64,000 bases of DNA from Ostrea edulis (taxonomy: Eukaryota): positions 25,792,001 to 25,856,000 of the forward strand of contig NC_079165.1 in NCBI RefSeq assembly GCF_947568905.1. Direction: 5' to 3'. Below are positions 1 to 13,328 of this stretch, one piece after another. The notes under the pieces were generated by a model that worked only from the letters and a program-made list of their open reading frames with translations, was not told the DNA's origin and searched no databases. Positions within the stretch are counted from its first letter, which is position 1. The number at the start of each line of letters is the position of its first letter. The position numbers were made by a program, and so were the translations under genes.

Positions 1-257
1 ACATTCCTTTCTACAAAGACACATCAACTAAAAAGATTAGATGAATCAAACCAGACAGGCTTTTACTATACAAATCATTCTTAATGGAGAGCACTGCACC
101 TAGTTTTAGTTTGCGACATACCTTCCCCTACTCTGCATATCAGCTGACAAGGTTTCATAATTCTATAAACACCCTTAGTGTACAAATGATGAGTGATGAT
201 TGTTTACATACTTGGTCAAAATAACTCTTAAATAAGGTCAATGTGACCTACCTAACA

Positions 258-599
258 AACAGTACAGACAGCGTTACAGACACCTAGACCAGTGACACAG
301 AGGAGCTCACAAATACAGACAGCGGTACAGACATCTAGACCAGTGACACAGAAGATCTTATAAATAAAGACAGCAGTACAGACACCTACACCAGTGACAC
401 AGAAGAGCTCACAAATACAGACAGCGGTACAGACACCTAGACCAGTGACACAGTGGTACAGACACCTACACCAGTGACACAGTGGTACAGACACCTAGAC
501 CAGTGACACAGCGGTACAGACACCTAGACCAGTGACACAGATGATCTTATAAATACAGACAGCAGTACAGACACCTAGACCAGTGACACAGATGATCTT
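258..599. repeat. Minisatellite, 29-bp core with ~54-bp variants; left part of an array split by TE insertions
   Basis: Repeated gacacagYggtacagacacctaSaccagt with aagatcttataaatacagac variants; the same array resumes at 3229. Confidence 0.9.
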
Positions 600-1794
600 C
601 ATACACGCCAACTTTCCCGATTTAGGCGGGATCTTCCCGATTTTACCCTCCGGTCCCGCTTTGCCGATCGGGAAAGCAAAATTACCCTAAAATCCCGATT
701 TGAAATTTTTTCCGACCAAAATTTCCGATTTCACGATTGAAAACGAGTTTGAAAGCGGGATAATCGTGAAATCTTGTGACCAGAATTGGAAATCCCGCGT
801 CATTTCTGAACTGGCCAATCAGAAATCGGGACAATAGTCAGCCATTGCTGTTTACCTGTGTCGCATGGTGTCGGGTTGGTCTGCCTGTGTCGGGGTGTTT
901 ATTGGACAGTACGAAGCATGTTTTGATAGTAATTAATCGGGAAGACGGATTTCAAATTGACCTATCCTTTACACAAACGTGAATGACAACGATGCTAGTG
1001 TCACCACCAAACAATCGGACATTCCGCCTCTCGCTGACAGCATCCAAAATTTGCAATAAGGTACGTCAAGTATATATTTTTTCCAACTATAATAATATAG
1101 GCTATCCAAATCTATCCGTCTATAGCGATGTATTATATAGTCTATATAGTGTAGTATTCATTAAATATACTTTGTGATGCGTAATTCGCACAAGTCTGTA
1201 CTGAATTTTTTATTTAGCAAGTAGCCTTAATTTACAAGTAAAACGGAATATTTTGATGTGTTTTTTTTTTCCTGGTAATTATTTCAGATGTCATGGGTGC
1301 AAAGGTTTTGTTCGCAAACTTCATAGCAGGGCAGATCACTCCTTTTTTGGTTGCAATGCAGATTATTCCACCAGTCTCTGCAAGCCCATGTTTACAGACA
1401 AGCAAGATCGCCTTTGCAGTCGTACCTAAATGCATGTGCTTTAATTTAAATTTTGATATATAGACCGGCCAATGTTTATTGTATGGTGTAAAAGGATGCA
1501 ACCTTAAATATTATTTGATATTATGTATGTGACTTGTTGGAGAAGATTTTTTGCTGAATAGATGATTTTAATAAAATATTAATGTATATCTTTCAAAGTT
1601 TTTTTTATATAGTTAATGGTCAAACACATTTGATGTTGTGTTAATATATGATACATTAACAATGATTTGATTGATATTTTATTTGAAAGGACAAATATTT
1701 ATTTTCATGTTAAAATGTCGTGAATTTTGAGCTTTGAAAAAAGGTCGTCGCGCGCAAAATCCCCCATGGGGATTTTTAAAAGTTGGCATGTATG
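600..1794 (+). mobile_element. Non-autonomous hAT-like DNA transposon with a degenerate transposase remnant
   Basis: TIRs catacacgccaacttt (600-615) and aaagttggcatgtatg (1779-1794) match 15/16. TSD gatctt at 594-599 and 1795-1800. Many cccga/tcggg subterminal motifs. Frameshifted remnant at ~1288-1430 reads AKVLFANFIA..PFLVA/DYSTSLCKPMFTD/SKIA..RT, resembling a hAT transposase N-terminal motif. Confidence 0.7.
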
Positions 1795-1809
1795 GATCTT
1801 TTTTTTTTG

Positions 1810-1843
<34 letters not shown>

Positions 1844-1946
1844 TCCATACATGCCAACTTTTAAAAAATCCCCATGGGGGATTTTGCGCGCGACGACCTT
1901 TTTTCAAAGCTCAAAATTCACGACATTTTAACATGAAAATAAATAT
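1695..1946. repeat. Near-perfect inverted duplication (~105-bp arms) around a T10-ggc-A30 centre
   Basis: 1695-1800 is the reverse complement of ~1840-1946 apart from one homopolymer length difference. Confidence 0.95.
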
Positions 1947-3214
1947 AATGGGGAAAATAATAATAAAAAGAATTGTACTTGGTGTAGACAGACATTTGAG
2001 AATGGAACAAGCTGGATTCAGGGCAGGAAGAGGCACTACGGAACAGATATTTGTCCTACGTAATATTCTAGAACAAGCTATAGAATGGAACTCCAACCTC
2101 TATCTATGCTTCGTCGATTTTGAAAAAGCCTTTGACAGCGTACACAGGGAAACCCTTTGGAAGATCATGAAATCTTATGGAATACCAGACATAATAATCA
2201 GTATGGTTAAATTAATGTATGAAGACAGTGAATGCGCAGTTGTTGATGGGAATGGTACAACAGAATGGTTTAATGTTAAATCTGGTGTCAAACAAGGATG
2301 CAACATGTCGGGTTTCTTGTTCCTCCTGGTAGTTGACTGGATAATGAAAAAGACAACAGCAGATAACAACTCAGGCATAAGATGGAATATGACAACAAAA
2401 TTAGACGATCTAGATTTTGCAGACGACATCGCTTTATTATCCAGCAGCAAAGATCAAATACAACAAAAACTGAACTCTCTAAACAGATATGCAGCTAGAA
2501 CAGGTTTAAAAATCAATACAGGAAAAACCAAAGTTATGCGTCTAAATGCTGCAAACATCACACCAATAACCATCAATGGGAACAACATAAACGATGTGGA
2601 TGAGTTCATTTACCTCGGAGCAACAGTAAGCAAGACAGGAGGTACTAATGAAGATATAAGAAGAAGAATTGGCCATGCAAGAGTAGCATTCCATAAGCTA
2701 CGCAAGATCTGGAGCAATAACCAACTCAACAGAAAAACAAAAATGAAGCTCTTCAGCTCAAATGTAATAGCTGTGTTATTGTATGGCAGTGAGACCTGGA
2801 AAATGACAAAAGGGGACGAAAAACTTGTAGATACCTTCCAGCACAAATGTCTTAGGAAAATCTTAAAGATCTACTGGCCAATGAAAATATCAAATGTAGC
2901 AGTTAGAGAGATAGCAGGAGTAGCAAAGATCAGCACTATGATAAAAACACGCAGATGGCAATGGATTGGACATGTGCTACGGATGGATAAAAGAACACAC
3001 CCATATGTAGCCCTTAGTTGGACACCAGAAGGAAAAAGAAAGAGAGGAAGACCGAAGGAAACGTGGTGAAGAACAATAGAAAGAGAGAGGAAAGAACTAG
3101 GTTTTGGGTCATGGACAGAGGCAGCAAGATCAGCCCAGGATAGAATTAAATGGAGAGGACTTGTTCATGGCCCTATTCTCCACGAGGAGAGAAGGAATTA
3201 AGTCAAAAGTAAGT
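1945..3214 (+). mobile_element. 5'-truncated RTE-clade non-LTR retrotransposon (RT domain, C-terminus and tail)
   Basis: RT motifs EQAGFR, FVDFEKAFDS, GVKQGC, LDFADDIALL, YLG. One in-frame TGA at 3067-3069, after which the frame stays open to TAA at 3199-3201. Tail taagtcaaaagtaagt. 14-bp TSD catgtatggatctt at 1787-1800 and 3215-3228. Confidence 0.92.
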
Positions 3215-3228
3215 CATGTATGGATCTT

Positions 3229-3600
3229 ATAAATACAGACAGCGATACAGACACCTACACCAGTGACACAGTGGTACAGACACCTAGACCAGTGACACAG
3301 AAGATCTTATAAATACAGACAGCGATACAGACACCTAGACCAGTGACACAGTGGTACAGACACCTACACCAGTGACACAGCGATACAGACACCTAGACCA
3401 GTGACACAGCGATACAGACACCTACACCAGTGACACAGAAGATCTTATAAATACAGACAACAGTACAGACACCTAGACCAGTGACACAGAAGATCTTATA
3501 AATACAGACAGCGGTACAGACACCTACACCAGTGACACAGAAGATCTTATAAATACAGACAGCAGTACAGACACCTAGACCAGTGACACAGAAGAGCTTA
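3229..3600. repeat. Minisatellite, right part of the 29/54-bp array
   Basis: Same unit as 258-599, resuming in register after the duplicated gatctt. Confidence 0.9.
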
Positions 3601-3659
3601 TATCTAAATAAATACCTAATGAACATGGCCGAGCTAGCCTGAAGCATTGATCACCATTA

Positions 3660-3940
3660 TCCAGGAATTTAAGGTCGAGCAGAAATGGTTACTATTCGCT
3701 TTAGTGATGTGTGTATACGATATCACCATTTCGAGAGATCCAAACTTGAAAACAATTAAATATGTCTTCCTGAACCCAAATTTCACATCAAGAGATCAAG
3801 AACTTCCAGAGGTTGAGCATTCGAGAGATCGAGAGTAAATTTGCTATGTTATATAGAGAGAAAAATGGAGCTGTAATTTCACTTCAAGAGATCAAGAACA
3901 TTGATAGATTAAGGTTGGACTCATTGAGAGTCACCTGTAG
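3660..3940. mobile_element. Partial Tc1/mariner-type MITE remnant
   Basis: Recurrent ttc(g/a)agagatc(g/a)ag motifs and a terminal gagagtcacctg-TA; left end not found. Confidence 0.35.
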
Positions 3941-6900
3941 TAAATATAGATCAAAGTGCCATCATACGTCTGAGGATCTGTTGTTCTTCAATTGTTGTAC
4001 TGCTATTTTTATGAATTCTTGCTCATTAAGATCCCTGTAATGCCAACAGATAAAAGAAACCTTACCAGACTTACAATAGAATGATCAAATGAATCTTTCT
4101 TCATGCAATTCGCTATTGTCAGATAAAAAAGACAACAAAGTACTCATTTATCTTCAAAAGATTTGTGTAATTCTAACATTCCCAAATGAATTTTCAATAC
4201 AAAAAAAGAGAAAGAAAAAAAATTTGCATACCTTCTGAATCAGCAGATTTTTACCCTATAGTGAATTTGTTTCCAGCATGATTGAAAAGATATTACTAAA
4301 AGACCATGATCAACATGCACATATCAAAGACTTTTTGGCTATACAATTAAAAAATTAGGACTCAACTATAAATTTAGCACCTTTCTCCTATATTGTAATA
4401 GTTGACCATATCAATCATTCATAAAATAGAAAGATGTGTGTATGACACATTAAATGGTCCCCAGCATGGTCACATTCAAATGCGTCAGATTTGACCTTAA
4501 ACAAATTTACCTTGACATTTATCAGTCACGCAGCTTTGACATTCAACCTCTAATCCACAAAGCATGATCGACCCATCTACCTTGTATAATTATAATCAGG
4601 GTGAAAGTTGCAGGCAGACAGAGACAGACAAATAACAAAAATATATGCCCCATCTTCAATCTTGGAGGCATAAATATAGAACATCACAATTAAGAGACCA
4701 AAAAGAAGAAGAAAAAAATCACAGTTCAGAGCACTTTCTTTTTAAAATTAAATCAAATAATTTTCAGCCTGTGCTCCATTTTTAAGGTCAGTCTAAACAA
4801 CAGAAATGTATAATTTGTTGTCGTGCAAAAAAAAAAATCAGTTTTGGCATAATGCATCATTGATAGACAAATAGAACATCATGTCACAAATTTTTTGAAT
4901 GGGAGCTAGTTCACCATAAATACTAATATATCCTTAGTCCTTTTCAAGTTCTTCAGAACTCGTTCACTGGATTAAAGCATTACGCTCGCCACTGAGAATC
5001 TGTAAATCATAAGTTTGAGACCTGCAGGGTTTTTAAATTTTTTTCATAAAAATCTCGCTCTAAAAGTGCATTCTTTGCTAAACAAAAAGCAAAGTTTACT
5101 TTTCCAACATCACAACATCTTTTAACAAATATCCTTTAATTTTATGTGTGATACCTTCTTAAGATTTTCAAAACTGCAAAGTTATATTCAACCTGACTTA
5201 ATGTCCATGCACTTGCAAGGCTTAAATATGTTCCAATAACTTGTAGGAAATTGCTGTATCAGAGCCCTGCACTCTCTTTGATTAAGCTGAACTGAACACT
5301 ACATTAAGCAAAGTGTCATGGATAAGACTTGATCAACAGCCCTCAATCAAAACAAACTAGCTGTGAAATCAACAAGCCATATACCAAATAAAATCCCTTG
5401 AGAAGCAAAAAAACCATAAATGTGTCAGCATCCATGAATTTGTTATTAGATCTCTACATGCAACACTATACCACCATGATATGGCTAAGGTCAAGCAAAA
5501 TCTTATTGTTATGGTAGAAAAAACTAAATCCAATAATCAGGAGTTATTTGCTTCTAATGATCTTTCTTCACCACTTGGACAAATAGTATTTGGAAGGAAA
5601 TTAATCACTATGTATCAGGAAAACCTTAAGTCATTAGGGAAAGGCACTAATGACCAAAATATTGATTGAAGTCCACTGTATCTTTCATCCGCTTTGCTCT
5701 CATCAGTAGGCAAAAATTTAGAAAATATCGAAAAATTCAGATGCCAAATGAGAGTGTTTTAAGACTGCAAACCTCTGCTTAGGCTCCTCAGCCTCTCATT
5801 GTGCTTGCTCTCTTTTGTGAAAATTTGAATGAAATCCAAGGTCAATTTTAAAGGCTTGATGTTATTTTGCCTAAAGATAACACGTCACAGTAACATACAG
5901 ACACACATATACAAATGGGACTGAAAACATATACTGTACATGTATATATAACGGTTAATACAGTATTTAATGTTACAAGGAATCTTAAAAGAAAAAAAAA
6001 ATCATTTTATATCCAAATGAGGTATAAATCTTATCAGAATAGAATTGTGTCCTTTTTTTAAAGCACTTAAGCATACCTGCAGCAATTTTATGGTATATGT
6101 TCTAATTTGTTCTTGCGCGCGTTTCCAAATGACCGCCATCTAGGAGCTGCATGACTTTGAAAACAAGTGGGATACGTCTGCTATAGCTTCTGATGAGATA
6201 TCAGATAGAGGACCAGTCTAGCCTTATGGGGTTAAATGTCAATTCAGTCTTGCAGCCATTGTCGTTAATGAGTTAGCTGGCTGATATATCTCTGTAGAAC
6301 AGAGCTAGACCCAACCTTACATAAAGCGGACCTGAAGAAAACCCTGTATCTACATAGGCATACATGATCTAGTATCCAGTTTTCCTTTAAAATATCAATT
6401 GTGATGGATTGCACATTCAAAATTAAGTTTACTGCAAGTCAAAAAATTCTAATAATCACTCTTGTTATATGTTGCTGAAGTAAAGCCATATAAATCATGT
6501 AAATACCAGTATTCACACACTCAGTACTTAAGTACTTTCTGAAAGTTCTTTTGATTTATTGATATCTGCCATTGACTGTAATTATGAATTGTTTCATTTA
6601 CTACATGTATTATTCTAAGGTCTCCAAAATAAATTGAGTAACAGTAAAAATAATCCTCAAATATTCAATGTATATTTCCTATAGTTTCATGTAAAATATT
6701 TGAATCTGAATTGTCCAGAAACAATTTAAAAAACATGTTTTCCTGTGGAAGTAAAGTCATGGCGGCTGTGATGTTTAAATTAAAAATCACACCTTTCAGG
6801 GTGATATTATCTTGCAATGAGAAACTTTGACAATGGGTAATTATAAAAAATATCACATTAATGTCGATTTTTGAGAGATGTTGGAGCATTTGAAACAGAT

Positions 6901-7424
6901 CTGATGCAGCCTACAGTGCTTAACAGCAACACATTGAATGAATGCATTGATTAAAAGAAACAAACGATATAATCATCAGTGTGGAAGGAGTCATCCTAAG
7001 TGATACAGGTACCAGTAACTAGAGCAGAAAGTCACCTTCTGAGCTTGTTAACTTTTAATTAATCTCATCGTGTCAAAATTTTCTTGTGATGTACTGTCTG
7101 AAATTGTAATATGCTGTAAGCTGATCAAAAGAGACAACAAAGATGGTATTCCAGTGGGCACAATGCATGCACAGATCCAGAATGCAACCTTCTAAGCATT
7201 CATAATGATGCCAATTACAAACCCTGGGGTGGAATGTCAGTCCCACTAAAATTGTACAGCATCTATACAAATCTTCAAACGTCCGACATACAGTCCCTCA
7301 GGAACAATGTAGGCTGTAACCGTCGAGGTACAATTCTGAATATATGATTTAAAATAACATACTTGTATCTACATCTCTCAGGTCTTCAATAAGATGTGCA
7401 CCATGCAGGAACAAACGGTTTTAG

Positions 7425-8310
7425 ATGAGAACGGAATGCTTTGGTTTAGGAACAGAATGCTTTCGTCTGGGAACAGAACGCTTTGATCTAGGAACAGAAT
7501 GCTTTGGTCTAGGGACAGAATGCTTTGGTCGGGGGACAGAACACTTTGGTCTAGGAACAGAATGCTTTGGTCTAGGAACAGAATGCTTTGGTCTGGGGAC
7601 AGAATGCTTTGGTCTAGGAACAGAATGCTTTGGTCTAGGAACAGAATGCTTTAGTCTGGGAACAGAATGCTTTGGTCTGGGGAGAATGCTTTGGTCTAGG
7701 AACAGAATGCTTTGGTCTAGGAACAGAATGCTTTGGTCTGGGGACAGACCGCTTTGGTCTAGGAGCAGAACGCTTTGGTCTAGGAACAGAATGCTTTGGT
7801 CTAGGAACAGAATGCTTTGGTCGGGGGACAGAACACTTTGGTCTAGGAACAGAACGTTTTGGTCTGGGAACAGAACGCTTTGGTCTACGAACAGAACGCT
7901 TTGGTCGAGGAACAGAATGCTTTGGTCAGGGGACATAACACTTTGGTCTAGGAACAGAATGCTTTGGTCTAGGAACAGAATGCTTTGGTCGGGGGACAGA
8001 ACACTTTGGTCTAGGAACAGAATGCTTTGGTCTGGGGACAGAACGCTTTGGTCTAGGAACAGAATGCTTTGGTCTAGGAACAGAATGCTTTGGTCGGGGG
8101 ACAGAACACTTTGGTCTAGGAACAGAATGCTTTGGTCTAGGAACAGAATGCTTTGGTCGGGGGACAGAACAGTGAGAACACTTTGGTCTAGGAACAGAAT
8201 GCTTTGGTCTAAGGAACAGAATGCTTTGGTCTAGGAACAGAATGCTTTGGTCTGGGGACAGAATGCTTTGGTCTGGGGACAGAACGCTTTCGTTGGGGGA
8301 CAGAACGCTG
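7425..8310. repeat. 21-bp minisatellite (ggaacagaatgctttggtcta)n, ~40 copies
   Basis: Direct tandem unit; explains the repetitive ORFs 7421-8234. Confidence 0.95.
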
Positions 8311-8407
8311 AACAGTTTGAACAGAACGATTTGGTGTGGGAATGGTATGGTTCTTATTGAGAACGAAACAGTTCACAGGGTGTAGTAGTACACTTCAGCC
8401 TCACGGT

Positions 8408-8689
8408 CTGTATGAGACACATGAATGGGCCCTGCTTGATACAAGTACACTGTATGAGACACATGAATGGGCCCTGCTTGATACAAGTACACTGTATGAG
8501 ACACATGAATGGGCCCTGCTTGATACAAGTACACTGTATGTGACACATGAATGGGCCCTGCTTGATACAAGTACACTGTATGAGACACATGAATGGGCCC
8601 TGCTTGATACAAGTACACTGTATGTGACACATGAATGGGCCCTGCTTGATACAAGTACACTGTATGTGACACATGAATGGGCCCTGCTT
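8408..8689. repeat. 42-bp minisatellite, ~6.7 copies
   Basis: Unit ctgtatgWgacacatgaatgggccctgcttgatacaagtaca. Confidence 0.95.
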
Positions 8690-9034
8690 AGGTTGATTGA
8701 TTGATGTACATCACTGAATCAATTCCACATAAGTTAAAACTTTAATTGGTCGATATTTTACAGTAAGTTAGCTGTCGTTTCTCAATTTTCATTTCAACGT
8801 ATTGCAAAATACATGTACAGTAATTCTAAATATATCCATTTATGCTATAATATCAGAGTGGCATGAAGAGTGTTTTTATATTCTAAATATTTGTCATTGC
8901 AATGGGTGCCATAAATGGGATATCTAGGAAGAACTGTATTTGGTTTATTATCCTACCATTTACACACAGGTTATTGTTGATGATACATGACGTGGTATGT
9001 GGATTATTTTGACATTAGAACAATGTCCAGCAGT

Positions 9035-9470
9035 ATGCCCTCCTACCCCTGATTGGCAGACCCCATGACTTCTCCTGTCCCTGATTGGCAGACTCGAAGT
9101 CTTCCCATGCTCTCCTACCCCTGATTAACAGACTTGAAGTCTTCTCCTGCCCTCCTACCCCTGATTAGCAGACTCAATGTCTTCCCATGCTCTCCTACCC
9201 CTGATTGACAGCCTTGGTATTCTCATATGTTCTCCTACCCCTGATTGGCAGATTCAAAGTAAATTCTCTTGCTCTCCTACCCCTGATTGACAGACTTGGT
9301 ATTCTCATATGTTCTCCTACCCCTGATTGGCAGATTCAAAGTAAATTCTCTTGCTCTCCTACCCCTGATTGGCAGACTTGAAGTCTTCTCCTGCTTATAC
9401 TTACTCGATTGACAGACTTGGTCTTCGATCTCCTGCCCTCATACCCGATTGGCAGACTCTATGTCTTCTC
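9035..9470. repeat. Degenerate ~40-44-bp tandem repeat
   Basis: Recurrent ctcctacccctgattggcagact core, about 10 times. Confidence 0.85.
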
Positions 9471-12400
9471 CTTCAAGAAATGCATTTTACTTGCTGGTAG
9501 ATTTTTCCCAAAATGACATCCTATTGTCATAACATTTACTACCCAGCAAATTTTGCCTGGGATAATCCAGAAAATAGGCAGAGATATAGAAATTTAATAG
9601 GATTCAGGAAGTACATGTATCAATGCATTGTAGTAGAAAAATCCATTGTGAGACTGAATCTAAAAGATTCTAGTATATGTTAAGCGATTTACTACATCTC
9701 TCCTTCACAATGTTGTAAGTTATCATTGCTTGATTGGGTTAGAAGAAAGTTCCAAGAGAATAAAACCCATTAACTGTTACAGGTATTTAATTGGGATAAT
9801 ACTATTTGCCAAACAAAAATGTTTAGAATTTATCTTTCTGCACAGTTACATGTATGTGAACAACCCAAGTTTTGATGCGTAGCATGCTTTTTCATACTTA
9901 TTAATTCATACTCCGCAGTTGCTTAGCCTAATATTATCAAAGTTCACCCAACAGCAACAATTATGTTAATTAAATCTGATTCTCCTTTTGAAGGTTGGAA
10001 TTGTGTATTAAGAACATCATACATATCAACAGTCACTTGAGGGGAGAAATAATAATCTCACTACTACTACATCCAGGCATCTCCACTATTTGTTGCTGTC
10101 AATTTATGATTGGTAGCCAGCAGGTTCCTATTTATAGAGAAATACAATCATAACATGGAAATATTACTTATTCTTGCAGTGGAATATACATGTACCTGAA
10201 ATAAAACAAAGTATTTCTAGTCTTTTCTTTGTTTATTAGGATACATCCAGTCATGCATGTCAGACAATACCATGGAAACAAAGGACTTCAAAAGCTACAC
10301 TACACATCATTATATAGCTGAAACACATTATTTACTAGTACATGTAATGAAATGTTCCAAAATTCTAAAGAATTTTATTGTGCAATATATCTTGGCCTTA
10401 ATTGAATGCCAACTTTTCATGAAATATGATCCGCATTAAAATGTTCCAGGCACAAGTTAATGTCATTGCACTCGAGCTGTAAACAAAGATGGTGAACCAG
10501 ATATTAATGTGTGGGTTAAAAGTTCTGGTAGCCAATTTTGATGTTTTGTCTATTAAATATCAATTAAGTTTGATGAGAATGGAACACTGTTTTGATTCAG
10601 ACTTTAAGTTAAAGACCATGAAATATTATTCATGATTTGAAACACTTGCCCTGAACCATGCAATTGAGTGAATATTGTAAAATATAAATATCTGTGTATT
10701 CATATCAGTGTTCATAATGCTTCAATTCTAAACTTGACAAGGAAATGGAAAAAATAATCTGAAATATGTTTAAGCTATATAACAAAGGAGTTAATGAACT
10801 TAAAATGGTGAATATTGGCACTTGGGTGTAAAAATGCACTCTCAAGCTCCTGCATTTTTCTTCAAACGTTTTCCAATATTCACCCTATATAAGTTCAATT
10901 ATCAAATCATTATACATTTATATTATCTAACAGCCTAATTTCAATTTCCTTTGAACAACTTCAGCACCTTATTGGAAACTTTTCCTCTCTATCACAAAAT
11001 GATGCATATACAACGTAAAATGTTTGATTTTCTAAACCAAAAAAGTGGATAAAACACAGTTACGGTAAATACTAATTTAAAAGTTTCTTAATATTTGGTA
11101 CAAAATAACAACAAATATATTATTCATTCACTGATAACATTTGGAATAAAGACTAATTGTTTGGAATGGTATCTGTGTCTTATCTGATAAAATTACACGA
11201 GAAACAATATACAAAATCAATATGAATATATATTTTGTATATATATAAAAAATGGACATTTGTACACTACAAACAAATTGTAAAATAAAAATGTTAAAGA
11301 CAATGCTTTACTGGCAATGTCCAGAGTATGAATTGATATTAACAAATGGGCAATTCATATAAAACAATATTTTAACCTCTTAGGCATTAAAACAGAGAAA
11401 ACAAAATATCTTAAAAAGACATGAAGTCATCATTGATACATAAAATTGTTTATATAATGCCAATAAATAAATCAACATCAAATTTAAATTCTGTACATAA
11501 CCAGATGATGTTAACAAAATGAGTATTCTGTAAAACCTATTTCATGTCGCTATAAAAACCTATAGCATGTGTACATCAAAAAGATTTACTGATTAGGTTT
11601 CTAGAAATGTTTTGATAAAATAACAATCTAATGAAAACATTTCAGAGAGAAAGCATGGCTGTCACTGTTGCCTGGTGGCATTACATATAAGGTGATCTAA
11701 ATGGGTTCATGTATACTCAGGAGCTCAGGCCCATATCTCTGTTTCTGAAAGAGATGCAAACTGGGATAGGGGTTCCTGGGGTCCCCTGAGACTTTTAGTT
11801 GTTGGTCTCGAGTGAGGCGCTGGTGGTACCAGAGGGGACAAAACCCCTGTAGGCTTTAGGTCTGACAATTTCTTAATATATATAGCAAAAACCTTAATAA
11901 ATTCATCAAACACATGCTTTACTTTAATTGTGGAATTCATTGCAAAAGGTTTATTAGAAAAATATGACCTGACTGTATTTCTTGTGTACAGGTAACATAT
12001 ATACTACAACAACAGATGGGAATATGCCATATATTGCACCCAGTTTTACACACACCAGTTGCTCTGATGACCCCACTTCTTCTATTACATACACAAATAA
12101 CAAACGAGAAACTTTGTTTTTGTTTCTTAATTTCTTTGACTTTACTTTTATATGATTTTTAAAATCTTTTTTTTTTTATTTCTTTCTTCTTTAGAGGGGG
12201 GGGGGATAAATAAAAAATGTAAGCATATTAAATGCATGTTATAAGACAAACATTACAAATCAGTTACGGCCCTGCTGATTCATAGTAATGTTGGTCACAC
12301 AGGGTTATGAGAAAGTAACCTGTGAACATAATGCTAAGTATGTTAAAATTGTACATCACTATGTGAAATAATTGTCTAAACAAGGTACGCGTAAGTCCTG

Positions 12401-13109
12401 GAGTAACTTAATTGACCTAGAAAACTAGAGCTATATCCTACTAAACTAATAATATCTCCTGTGGGACAAACCCAAAACTGTGTATAAAATCAAATCTTAT
12501 CCCACAGCAAGTCTGAGTTGTGTGTGAAATATGTGACTCAATAAAAAAGGAAATCATTTATGTCATAAATCTCAGATCTGAACTTTTCGACCCCAAAATC
12601 AAAAGTGATCATCCTCATCCCACATCACTGTCCAGTTTACAATTGACCTTTGACCTCAAAATCGCCAGCAATGATTCTTGTATTTACCATTGGTGTAAGT
12701 TCAACTATTAATAGATTTAAAAGCTTCTTGACTGGATGGAATGACTCCAATATCACAGAGATGACCCTAATTATCCCATGTACACTATATTGATGCAATT
12801 TGAATTTTTTCAGCATCAACATAAAATGAAATACAATATAGTAGCTTTTAACAATTCTTAACCATTTCCTTATATACTGTTACATGACCAGTTTACTTGA
12901 CCTTTGACCTACTGACCCCAAAATCACCAGGGATAATCATTGTCCCATGAACTCACCAGTATTATTTCAGCTTCGGTATGCAGTAAAATAACAGTCTTTA
13001 GAACTTCTTAACAGACAAGGTAAATTCTTTATACTCTCATTAAATTTCAGGATGTACCAGTTGTGAAATTTCCTCATTACCCATAGATCACTACCTTATT
13101 ATTGATAAA

Positions 13110-13328
13110 ACAAGATGTGTTTGTGAAACACTGATGCCCCTGTACGGCAGCCAAGTCATTCTGGCACCCAAAGAAAGGTCTTGTCACAAAAAATACACAC
13201 GCAAAATACAAGAGCCCTAGCACTAAGCATTCAAAAGTTAGGACCAAAGTTTTTGTTTTTGTGGACAAACAGACAGACAGATGAAAAATTATATGCCTCT
13301 GAATCTGCAATTATGGGGGCATAAAAAT
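13110..13328 (-). mobile_element. Short Helentron-associated (HINE-like) non-autonomous element
   Basis: acaagatgtgtttgtgaaacactgatgcccc at one end, a (cagA)n microsatellite, and tatgcctc..gggggcataaaaa at the other. Related tgacctttgacc cores lie at 12560-13000 and 4440-4680. Confidence 0.45.

Noticed and set aside
252-494. Cys-rich ORFs 252-494 and 3393-3647 (-)
   Set aside because: Translations of the 29/54-bp minisatellite.
1783-1944. Poly-Lys N-terminus of the 428-aa ORF
   Set aside because: Read-through of the A30 tract and inverted flank; RT homology starts only at ~1945.
5684-5706. CUGAUGA...GAAA on the minus strand resembling a hammerhead
   Set aside because: No credible stem II pairing or stem I.
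7350-7405. HGAHLIEDLR resembling DPP7 GAHHLDLR
   Set aside because: The motif does not match, there is no acceptor, and no flanking DPP7 similarity.
7421-8704. Long repetitive ORFs on both strands
   Set aside because: Produced by 21-bp and 42-bp units (multiples of 3) that are open in several frames and on both strands.
11725-12090. GC-richer exon-like blocks (GFCPLWYHQRLTRDQQ...; EEVGSSEQLVCV...)
   Set aside because: No recognisable homology and no consistent splice model; left unannotated.
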